From Geotalea uraniireducens Rf4 (lineage in GTDB: Bacteria; Desulfobacterota; Desulfuromonadia; Geobacterales; Geobacteraceae), in NCBI RefSeq assembly GCF_000016745.1, contig NC_009483.1, positions 2,640,001 through 2,672,000 on the forward strand: a DNA stretch of 32,000 bases, written 5' to 3'. Shown in pieces: positions 9,432 through 17,088 of this stretch. Under the pieces are notes generated by a model. The model searched no databases, was not told the origin of the DNA, and saw only the letters and a list, made by a program, of their open reading frames with translations. The position numbers and the translations under genes were made by a program. Position 1 is the stretch's first letter; every line of letters starts with the position of its first letter.

Positions 9432-9824
9432 TCAGCAGCCACAACCACAGTTGTGACAGACCCTACGATTATGATCTTCCGGCGGGACTGTTTCTGGTGC
9501 AAATGCTATTCGATTGACAGCCCTTTTAATATCTTCCATCAGATCAAGGTTCGGACTTTTATCAATGATGTGACCTACACACAGATTTGTAAAGCCATCT
9601 GAAGGCGATGAAATCCGCACAGCATTAAGAACGTCCGTATAACTATTTATATCAATAACCATCTGTTCGTTATCCGCACGTATGAGACTGATGCCGAATC
9701 TTGCAAGATCATCTGCCAGCTCAATTAAAAACAACTCGAATTTTGAGCTGAATTGATCCACGCGCCAATCAGGTCTCACGTGATTTTGACGGTAAAAGGT
9801 GATCACCATGTTTTTTCCAGCCAT
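9432..9824 (-). CDS. Hypothetical protein with a C-terminal Cys-rich tail (…RRVCHNCGCGC-stop)
   Basis: ORF opens at 9827 (TTG). ATG at 9824 with AAGAGG upstream. I recognise no family. The last 8 residues carry 4 Cys and 1 His. It is the last gene of the minus-strand array. Confidence 0.55.
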   Translation of the reverse strand: MAGKNMVITFYRQNHVRPDWRVDQFSSKFELFLIELADDLARFGISLIRADNEQMVIDINSYTDVLNAVRISSPSDGFTNLCVGHIIDKSPNLDLMEDIKRAVNRIAFAPETVPPEDHNRRVCHNCGCGC

Positions 9825-9874
9825 CAATAGAAACCTCTTAACATTTAAAGTATGTACTTCGTAGTATCAATTAT

Positions 9875-10258
9875 TTAACCGGCAGCCTTTCTTTGCATGG
9901 AGCTGAAAATCATATCCAGCACCGCCTTCTGCTTCGCTTCATATTTATTCAGTACTGCAAGACAAGTCCCCATGGGAAAGTGCTCGTGCAGATAATCGGC
10001 ATCACGTCCTGACAGTATTACTATTCTATTTTTATCGATCCCGGCTTCTGTTGCATATTTGAATATTTTAGTGCCGTCGAGCATCGGCATCTCCAGATCA
10101 ACCAACAATAGATCGATCTTTTTTTTCTTCATGGCACTCAAAGCCTTTAACGGATTTGTACACGTTTCAACATCCAGAAGCGGATAGAATTCCCTTATAT
10201 AACTGCTTAGAAAATTTAAGAAAGCTGCGTCATCATCAATTATCAATATTTTCCCCAT
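9875..10258 (-). CDS. Single-domain response regulator (CheY-like receiver)
   Basis: 127 aa. ILIIDDD acidic pocket, phospho-acceptor in LLLVDLEMPMLDG, conserved Ser (ILSG) and Lys (LNK). No output domain. ATG at 10258 is preceded by GAGG. Confidence 0.85.
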   Translation of the reverse strand: MGKILIIDDDAAFLNFLSSYIREFYPLLDVETCTNPLKALSAMKKKKIDLLLVDLEMPMLDGTKIFKYATEAGIDKNRIVILSGRDADYLHEHFPMGTCLAVLNKYEAKQKAVLDMIFSSMQRKAAG

Positions 10259-10304
10259 CACGACCTCAACCTGCTAAATATATTCCCGAAACTCTCAACG
10301 TCTA

Positions 10305-11267
10305 TTACTTCAACACCCTCGTTGCGACATTCAACACTTGTATAGGTACATGAAGGTCAAGCAACTTGGCAACCTTCAGGTTGACAATAAGATCAATTTT
10401 TTTTGGGGTGCTTATAGCCATATGTGCCGGTTTTTTGCCTGCGAGTATTTTTGCTGCATAATCACCTGCAATCTGACCCTGCTCCAAAGAGTTGATTTCC
10501 AAGGCAACGAGCGCTCCTTTATCTGAAGCATCCGGCACATGGGATATAACAGGTATTTTACTCTCGTTTGTCCTACGTATTATTTTTTCAAAACTGCGAC
10601 TTACCGGCGTGCTTTCCGATAAATATAGCCAATCCACACGAGATGAGAGCAAAGAACTCAATGCATTGTCAAGCATGGTCGTAGAAGATACGTTCATCTC
10701 TACAACAGCAAAACCCATTTGAGCTCCGATGCGCTTGAGTTCCTTCAACTGAACAACGGAACCAATTTCTCTGGAATTGTATAAAACACCGAGGGTTCTG
10801 ATCGGTTTGACTTCCTGAGCGGCTTTTATCAACGTGACCATGGGTACTTTCGAGCTGACCCCGGTAAAGTTCCCGCCCGGCACTGTCATACTTCTTGTTA
10901 TACCAGTTTCCACAGGCCCGTAGACATCGACAAATACTATGGGAATACTATCAGACTCGCGCATGGCTGCCAGCGTTACCGGAGCACCGTAAGTAATGAT
11001 AATATCAGCACCTATTGCATTAAATTTTCTAATTGTGTTGGCCCAGGAAATTGGGTCAGGGTTTGGAGTCTGAGTAATAATCTCGATATTGCTTTGATCA
11101 TAGCCTTTCTGAGCAAGTGTCCTGATAAAAGCCTTATGAGCTTCTCTGTAGCGAGGGAGGTCGCTTGTTAAAACAGCAGCAACGAGCTTTCTTGCAGCAT
11201 GGGTCGGTGCAGCAACTGTCATTACAAGCAAAATAAGTATTAAATAACAATAAAATTTCAACGGCAT
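10305..11267 (-). CDS. Periplasmic ABC-type substrate-binding protein, ABC_sub_bind / COG2984-like
   Basis: 320 aa. Signal peptide (…VAAPTHA-ARK). Periplasmic-binding-fold pattern KLVAAVLTSD…, GADIIITYGAPVTLAA, TLGVLYN…, VDWLYL… resembles the COG2984 family. No cognate permease in the window. Confidence 0.65.
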   Translation of the reverse strand: MPLKFYCYLILILLVMTVAAPTHAARKLVAAVLTSDLPRYREAHKAFIRTLAQKGYDQSNIEIITQTPNPDPISWANTIRKFNAIGADIIITYGAPVTLAAMRESDSIPIVFVDVYGPVETGITRSMTVPGGNFTGVSSKVPMVTLIKAAQEVKPIRTLGVLYNSREIGSVVQLKELKRIGAQMGFAVVEMNVSSTTMLDNALSSLLSSRVDWLYLSESTPVSRSFEKIIRRTNESKIPVISHVPDASDKGALVALEINSLEQGQIAGDYAAKILAGKKPAHMAISTPKKIDLIVNLKVAKLLDLHVPIQVLNVATRVLK

Positions 11268-11292
11268 GTCGCCAGCTCCGTAACAGGTAATA

Positions 11293-13431
11293 CTACCATT
11301 TTGTGCTCACATAAGCCGTTACAATATGTACAGTTCCGTCAAATAACGAAGAATATTTATCATTATAATCTTTCAGCTGATATTCAAGAGAACAGGTCAG
11401 GTTCTTGGTTAAATGATAATTCCCACGGGCCGAGAAGGAAGTCTCAACCGTCTTCAGGTGTGATATATCTTTAATCCCCGTGGTATTGTCATTGGGGGTA
11501 AACGATTTAATCTCCGGATTAAACTCTGAAAGCGAGAACACCTGTTGCAATGTCAGGGATATGTCCGATTTATCCGAATATTGATAAGCCGTATTTAACG
11601 AGTAGAACTGGGCCTTTGACGTGTAATTGGAAGCGGCTTCACTGCCAGCCCCTACTATTGTAAACAACACAGCTTGATCAGTGCTGCTATGTAAATATCC
11701 ATAATTGGCACTGACAGTGAGCTTTTCAACCGGGACAAACCAGAAGCCCGCAGTAACATTATCAGTTGCCTTATCCCGCGATAAAAGGTGAGAAAATAGT
11801 GCATATTTTAGAGGGTCTATCGAGACGATAGTTCTTCTCTCAATTTGGTCATTGCTCTCCCGGATGCTCCGATAGTTTGCCGTCACTCCCCATCGACCAG
11901 TCATGTTATAGTTGGTTAGCAGTTCGCCTTCGTGCTTATTTGCAAATGAGGTGCCATAGGAAGGATGGTCCGTTGTGGTGTAGTTGTAACGGGCGCTTAG
12001 TCTGAGCCCTTTCAGCGGTCGGATGAGCAATGCAAGAGTCCCCCGGTGGGTATCCTGGGTTTCATTTAAAAACCAGTTCAGTCTTTCATCGCTGTTAGAA
12101 GGCAAATCACGATGCAGGAACTCTCCCTTATATTCGCCCTTAATCGTAACAAGATTGTTCGGTCTGAGCGACAACGTGGCTACTATCACATCCTTCTCCG
12201 TGCTGATGGAAGGTCTGACAGCCAGCGTGTTCTGCACAAAAAAACTGTTGGTAATAAAGGCCGGGCTGTTATTATCCACTTCCTGCCGCCGGTACTTCAG
12301 TCCCAGGGAGAATTCTTTGAAAGGTGTATAGACAAAGTCACCAGCCACATTGTGTAGATTAACCGATGCCTGCTCTGCGCCTTTTGTATCGCTAAGCGTC
12401 GAGAGATTATCCCTTTTGCCGTACGTATAAGAAGCAGCTCCAACAATACCGCCGGCCAGTGATGTGTGCAACTTGACCGTCTGGGCAAGATATCGGCTGC
12501 CCGGATCTTCGTTGTGTTCCTGCAAACCGCCGGTTCTATCAAGAACACCCTGGACATTATTACGTGGGGCAAAATCATCCCGAAGCTGAGCGGCATTATT
12601 CACAAACTGCCGGATCTGGAAGTTATATATCAGATCAACTGGGCCGAGGTGCGTGTCGAAACCGAGATTCCCCTCATGGGTCTCACGGTTTACAGATCTT
12701 GACCTCGCAAAAAAGTTGTTCTCGGGGCCTTCAAAAGCAATATCGGCAAAGCGCAGTTGACTAGCTCCCTCTTTTACCATACGCCAGTAACCGAGATTCA
12801 TGTGCAAAGGAAAGTCATGAAGCTTATAGCGAAAGCTTGCCAGGTCCTGTTCTGCTCTAACCCCGTATTTGGTTAAGGAATCATCCTGATGTGGGATATA
12901 ATCCGCCAAGGCACCGCGAAGATCCGCCCGCCCCAGTTGAAATGGCGTATCAAACAGCTTTTCACCAGCCAGATTGTGAAACAACGATTCGGTACGCATG
13001 TGAACACGATATTCTCCCCCATAGTCGAAGAGCATATCGCCATGGTAATCCTTATCGTTTAATATGGCACCGTCAAGCGCGAATTTAAGATCTTGTCCAA
13101 GACTGTTAAAATACCCGCCACCAATAAGCCCCGAATGAAGGTAGTCATATTGCGCAGCACGTCCTCCATAATTGTCGACTGATAAAAATCTGTAACCGGT
13201 AAAACCACCCAGAATAGTATGGGTTTCAACCTTTTTAACCGCCGCACTTTCTTCTTCGAGCTGAATGCCCTCTCCTAATTCGCTGCTGTTTTCAGCATTA
13301 TCATCATTGTTTAATGGTTTTACACCTGGCGATATGTTCTGGTTTTCTGCAGCTAATGTTAATGTGGCTGTCAAATTCAACAGGAACATTGTCACAACAA
13401 TCAGGCACGTCATACGGATCAGATTAGTCAC
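11293..13431 (-). CDS. Outer-membrane beta-barrel protein, MtrB/PioB-like (decaheme-associated porin)
   Basis: About 712 aa. ORF opens at 13461 (TTG). I prefer GTG at 13431 (AAGGAGA 6 nt upstream), which gives signal peptide VTNLIRMTCLIVVTMFLLNLTATLTLA-AEN. C-terminal aromatic residue (…YVSTKW). Abundant alternating Y/G/N/T strand-like segments. Sits immediately downstream of an MtrA-family decaheme gene, as in mtrAB/pioAB/mtoAB. The family call rests mainly on size, barrel features and context. Confidence 0.65.
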   Translation of the reverse strand: MTNLIRMTCLIVVTMFLLNLTATLTLAAENQNISPGVKPLNNDDNAENSSELGEGIQLEEESAAVKKVETHTILGGFTGYRFLSVDNYGGRAAQYDYLHSGLIGGGYFNSLGQDLKFALDGAILNDKDYHGDMLFDYGGEYRVHMRTESLFHNLAGEKLFDTPFQLGRADLRGALADYIPHQDDSLTKYGVRAEQDLASFRYKLHDFPLHMNLGYWRMVKEGASQLRFADIAFEGPENNFFARSRSVNRETHEGNLGFDTHLGPVDLIYNFQIRQFVNNAAQLRDDFAPRNNVQGVLDRTGGLQEHNEDPGSRYLAQTVKLHTSLAGGIVGAASYTYGKRDNLSTLSDTKGAEQASVNLHNVAGDFVYTPFKEFSLGLKYRRQEVDNNSPAFITNSFFVQNTLAVRPSISTEKDVIVATLSLRPNNLVTIKGEYKGEFLHRDLPSNSDERLNWFLNETQDTHRGTLALLIRPLKGLRLSARYNYTTTDHPSYGTSFANKHEGELLTNYNMTGRWGVTANYRSIRESNDQIERRTIVSIDPLKYALFSHLLSRDKATDNVTAGFWFVPVEKLTVSANYGYLHSSTDQAVLFTIVGAGSEAASNYTSKAQFYSLNTAYQYSDKSDISLTLQQVFSLSEFNPEIKSFTPNDNTTGIKDISHLKTVETSFSARGNYHLTKNLTCSLEYQLKDYNDKYSSLFDGTVHIVTAYVSTKW

Positions 13432-13469
13432 CCGCAATCTCCTTATTATCAAAATCGACAATTGATATT

Positions 13470-14477
13470 TTACTGGCGTAGAGAACCGGGGCCAGTGACA
13501 GCCGGAGTTGGAATATCCGTACCGTGAATCTGGGAATGGCAGTCAGTGCAACGATTGGAAAAAAGCTGTTTATTACCGGCAGCAGTGTTCACAGTATGCC
13601 CGCCATGACATTGCAGGCAAAGGAAAGGCATAGCAGCATTAAGCAGATGGTTGTTAATCGACCCGTGAGCAGAATGGCAATTGGCACAGTTTTCAGTTAC
13701 GTCACCATGTTCGAAAACAAAAGGCCCCTGCTTTTCCATATGGCATCGGGTGCAGGTTTCTTTCGGGGTATTTCCTTTCAGAAGCTTGTCCTGCGTCGAA
13801 CCATGCACATCATGACAGTCAACGCAGGCCATCTTCTTTTCCATCAGGGGATGATGGGAAAACAGGTTATTCTCAACCTTTACTTGAGGATGGCAGCCAT
13901 AACAAAGCTCTGCCATTTCCTCACGGCTTACCTTCTGCTGAGGGCCTTGATGGAGTTTGTGACAGTCGAAACAACTGACATCGTTCAACGCATGTGTGCC
14001 GGCATTCCAGTGGGCGAGAGTGGGGATGGAAGCTGCAGAATGACACTTGAGACAGATGAGGGATTGCGCCTGCGGGGGGAGGTTCATGATATCCAGGAAT
14101 TTTTTCGTATCGCATTTCTTTTTGAGCTTATCGTTGAGTTCGGGGTCATCTTCAATTTCGGCAATGGCAAGACTTCCCGGGCCATGACATGACTCGCAAT
14201 TGACCAGAGGCAATCCGGTTCCCGGCTTTAACTGCTCGCCATGAATACTGTGTTTAAAGTCATCGGTGATCTTATCATGCTTATGACACCTGGCAACGCA
14301 GTTGTCCGTCCCCACATAATCGGCATCAAGCCTGCCGACAATCATCTTTTCATATTCATGGACAGGCAAGAGTGGTTTGCTCTGCTTCAGTTCTGCACAT
14401 GCAGCAAACAGAAAAGGGGCTGCGAAAAACATTGGCAAGATAATATAACGGAACAAAGGCCTGTCTTTCAATTCCAT
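13470..14477 (-). CDS. Decaheme c-type cytochrome, MtrA/DmsE family
   Basis: 335 aa. Ten CXXCH motifs: CVARCH, CESCH, CLKCH, CFDCH, CYGCH, CVDCH, CTRCH, CANCH, CLQCH, CTDCH. Blocks match my recollection of Shewanella MtrA: CTRCHMEKQGPFVFEHGDVTENCANCHSAHGS versus [32 protein letters not shown], and a C-terminal CxxCHSQ[IV]HG. N-terminal signal sequence. Confidence 0.9.
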   Translation of the reverse strand: MELKDRPLFRYIILPMFFAAPFLFAACAELKQSKPLLPVHEYEKMIVGRLDADYVGTDNCVARCHKHDKITDDFKHSIHGEQLKPGTGLPLVNCESCHGPGSLAIAEIEDDPELNDKLKKKCDTKKFLDIMNLPPQAQSLICLKCHSAASIPTLAHWNAGTHALNDVSCFDCHKLHQGPQQKVSREEMAELCYGCHPQVKVENNLFSHHPLMEKKMACVDCHDVHGSTQDKLLKGNTPKETCTRCHMEKQGPFVFEHGDVTENCANCHSAHGSINNHLLNAAMPFLCLQCHGGHTVNTAAGNKQLFSNRCTDCHSQIHGTDIPTPAVTGPGSLRQ

Positions 14478-15356
14478 CTAGTCCTCTCGTATCCCCTTGG
14501 TTGTTGTATAAATAAAACCTTTCACAATCGGGTTTTGGCTTTTCTTGATTTCTGCAGGTGTGCCGACTTCAACAATTCTTCCACCATGCATCATGGCAAT
14601 TCGGTCTGAAATATAAAGGGCAAAGTTCAAATCATGGGTAACGATAACCGTAGTATTTTTGGTTGTCTCTTTGAGTTTTAGAATTGTGTTGGCGAGTTCG
14701 TCTGTCGTCACCGGATCAAGCTCAGCGGTAGGTTCGTCGTACAGTATCAGGTCAGGATTCATGGCAAGTGAGCGCGCAATTGCCACCCTTTTTTTCATTC
14801 CTCCCGAAAGTTCGGAGGTACGCAGATTTTCCTTACCGGCCAGACCCACCTGATCCAGTTTTTCCTTAATGATCTCCTTTATCTTGTATTCCTTACATAT
14901 CCGCTTTTCCCTTAACCATAATCCGACGTTTTCCCCAACCGTCAGCGAGTTAAACAGTGCCGATGATTGAAAAACCATACTATAGCGATAATCCCGCTCC
15001 GACTGCTTTTTGTTATTCGCGAAGATGGGAAAGCCGTCAATATAAATCTCACCGCTGTCAGGATGCTCCAGCTTCACTATATGCTTTAACAGCACACTTT
15101 TACCTGTGCCGGATGGTCCTATAATTGAAAATGTTTCCCCGGCAAAGATCTCCAAATCAATGTCTTGAAGTACATGCAGTTCGCCAAAATACTTGTTAAG
15201 CTTTTCCACCTTGATATCAACGCCACGGGTATCATTAAGATTTACCGTACACTCGCAGCCGTCATCATGTAAAATTGAACCAGTCAGACCGTGCTTCAAC
15301 TTTTCAAACACACTCACGTTCCTTTTCCCTTGGTATTGAAACGAGTCAATACCCAA
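14478..15356 (-). CDS. ABC transporter ATP-binding protein, MlaF/Ttg2A-like
   Basis: Walker A GPSGTGKS, signature LSGGMKKR, Walker B LILYDEPTAELD, H-loop VTHD. Overall MlaF-like (…VEKLNKYFG…, …NPIVKGFI…). The start is uncertain: TTG at 15356 or GTG at 15317. The stop codon (14478-14480) abuts the cytochrome ATG (14475-14477). Confidence 0.8.
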   Translation of the reverse strand: MGIDSFQYQGKRNVSVFEKLKHGLTGSILHDDGCECTVNLNDTRGVDIKVEKLNKYFGELHVLQDIDLEIFAGETFSIIGPSGTGKSVLLKHIVKLEHPDSGEIYIDGFPIFANNKKQSERDYRYSMVFQSSALFNSLTVGENVGLWLREKRICKEYKIKEIIKEKLDQVGLAGKENLRTSELSGGMKKRVAIARSLAMNPDLILYDEPTAELDPVTTDELANTILKLKETTKNTTVIVTHDLNFALYISDRIAMMHGGRIVEVGTPAEIKKSQNPIVKGFIYTTTKGIRED

Positions 15357-15427
15357 AAATGTAGGTCATACTACCAAAGCAGACAATATTAATGCAAGGA
15401 GAGAATAGCCTAATAATATTTTATTAA

Positions 15428-15865
15428 CTAAAAAAGATATTTGTAGGGATTGTTAAAATAGTTCTTATGACGGTATATAAATTGAGTCAAAAGAAGAATG
15501 GCCAAAGCAGCTGCTATATTATTGATCCACAGGGCTTCCTGTTGCACCCGGGAGCCTACGAGTTTCTCCAGTTCCCGGGGGGTAATGAAACTCAGATTAA
15601 CGATAGTATTGATCACCTGGAATAAGTTGTAACCCAGCAACAAATACCAGGTGAGCAATTGACGTTTCATGATCCCTAAAAAGAGATAAAGGCAAATGAG
15701 ACTGTCGACAATAACCAGCGCCTTGGCCGATGTTCCCACATAAATATTGCCGAGAAATGGGAACGGATTGCCAAAAGTAGACGCTGAAACCATAAAGAAA
15801 AAAAGATACAGACCGGTTAAGAGAGTTAATCCCAAGGGGCGGCGTAACTCGTCACTATCTTCCAT
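15428..15865 (-). CDS. Hypothetical integral membrane protein (about 4 TM segments)
   Basis: 145 aa. ATG with AAGGAT 7 nt upstream. Four hydrophobic stretches. Too small to be an MlaE-type permease, and I recognise no permease motifs. Confidence 0.55.
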   Translation of the reverse strand: MEDSDELRRPLGLTLLTGLYLFFFMVSASTFGNPFPFLGNIYVGTSAKALVIVDSLICLYLFLGIMKRQLLTWYLLLGYNLFQVINTIVNLSFITPRELEKLVGSRVQQEALWINNIAAALAILLLTQFIYRHKNYFNNPYKYLF

Positions 15866-15905
15866 ATTTTGATCCTTATCCAGACGTGTCGTATTTACGG
15901 CATGA

Positions 15906-16007
15906 CTACTTCGATTTTTTTCGCATGTCGCTTATGGCAACGCAAACAAAGATGATTATCATAACCACGGCGATAAACAGCCAATCGGCTGAGCTGAAAC
16001 CGAACAT
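15906..16007 (-). CDS. Small single-TM peptide (33 aa), not in the ORF track
   Basis: The minus strand reads ATG TTC GGT … = MFGFSSADWLFIAVVMIIIFVCVAISDMRKKSK-stop. AAAGGAGA sits 3 nt upstream of the ATG. One hydrophobic helix plus a basic tail. Confidence 0.45.
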   Translation of the reverse strand: MFGFSSADWLFIAVVMIIIFVCVAISDMRKKSK

Positions 16008-16032
16008 AAATCTCCTTTATTTCAAAAGTTGA

Positions 16033-17088
16033 CCTGATTGGCCCTCATCTTCAGCCAATGGAGAAAAGGACGTATTCTGTCACATGTCTAGAGTAGTGTC
16101 ATAGTGAAATAAGCCAAGGAGGCCACTATGACGAAGAATCACTTTCAGTTTCAACAAGGGCTCAGCTTGAACGACTTTTTGTACAGCTATGGCACTGAAG
16201 AGCAATGTTCAGCGATCTTGGAAAAGAGCCGCTGGCCCCAGGGTTTCAAATGTCCTTCCTGTCAGAGTACCAGCCACTGTGTAGTCTGGCATGCACAAGT
16301 CAAAACATTTCAGTGCAATCGGTGTCATACCCAGACAACGCTGACCGCAGGCTCGATTTTTCACTCAACCAAGTTGCCGCTGGTCCAATGGTTTCAGGCC
16401 ATGTACTTTCTCACGCAAACCAAGAACAATGTCTCGGCTCTGGAGTTGAAGCGCCTGATCGGTGTTTGCTACAAAACCGCATGGCGTGTGAAGCACAAGC
16501 TCATGCAAGTTATGGTTGAACAGGAGCAGGACACGATTTTGCTCGGCCGGGTCGAAGTAGATGATGCCTACCTGGGTGGAGAAAACCCAGGAGGCAAGGC
16601 CGGGCGAGGTTCGGAAAACAAGACGCCGTTTATTGCTGCTGTTGAAACCAATGAAAAGGGCCATCCACTTCGTGCTGTGTTTCAAAGGTGCCAGCCTTTA
16701 ACCGCGAAGTAGTCACCGAATGGGCAAAACGGTCACTGTCAGCTTCAGCGACAGTGGTAAGCGACGGACTGGCCTGCTTTCGTGCAGTTACCGAGGCTGG
16801 ATGTTTCCATACCCCAACCATTGTCGGGAAGAAACGCAAGAGTACCGACATTGTGTGTTTCAATTGGGTCAATACCATTCTCGGCAACCTCAAGACGTCG
16901 ATCTCTGGAACGTACCATGCATTTGATTTCGAAAAGTATGGAACTCGTTACCTGGCTGAGGTTCAATACCGATTCAACCGCCGGAAGGATCTGCGCGGCA
17001 TGCTCTCGCGACTGATCTCGGCGGCGGCTACTACTGGCAAGCATCCCGAGCACAATCTCAGACTGGCTGAAGATTGGCGCTAATCAGG
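16033..17088 (+). mobile_element. IS1595-family (ISXO2-like) insertion sequence, 1056 bp, with IRs and an 8-bp target-site duplication
   Basis: IRL 16033-16059 is CCTGATTGGCCCTCATCTTCAGCCAAT. The reverse complement of IRR 17062-17088 is CCTGATTAGCGCCAATCTTCAGCCAGT, matching at 22/27 positions. Identical AAAGTTGA directly flanks both ends (16025-16032 and 17089-17096). Confidence 0.85.
16128..17083 (+). pseudogene. IS1595-family transposase, split by a single-nucleotide frameshift
   Basis: The N-terminal part (16128-16712) has the zinc-ribbon CPSCQ…CNRCH. The C-terminal part (from about 16682 in the -1 frame) has the ISXO2-like DDE region …VVSDGLACFRAV…. The two parts join as …LRAVF|SKVPAFNREVV if one T is restored to the T-run at 16680-16682. 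AAGGAGG SD lies before 16128. Confidence 0.8.

Noticed and set aside
13524-14192. 222-aa plus-strand ORF
   Set aside because: It is antisense to the decaheme cytochrome gene, whose ten CXXCH motifs fix the real frame.
16128-17083. Programmed -1 ribosomal frameshift, or an InsA/InsB-style two-gene layout, in the IS1595 transposase
   Set aside because: No A6G-type or similar slippery heptamer occurs at the junction. The family normally encodes one ORF. A single missing T in a T-run fully explains the split.
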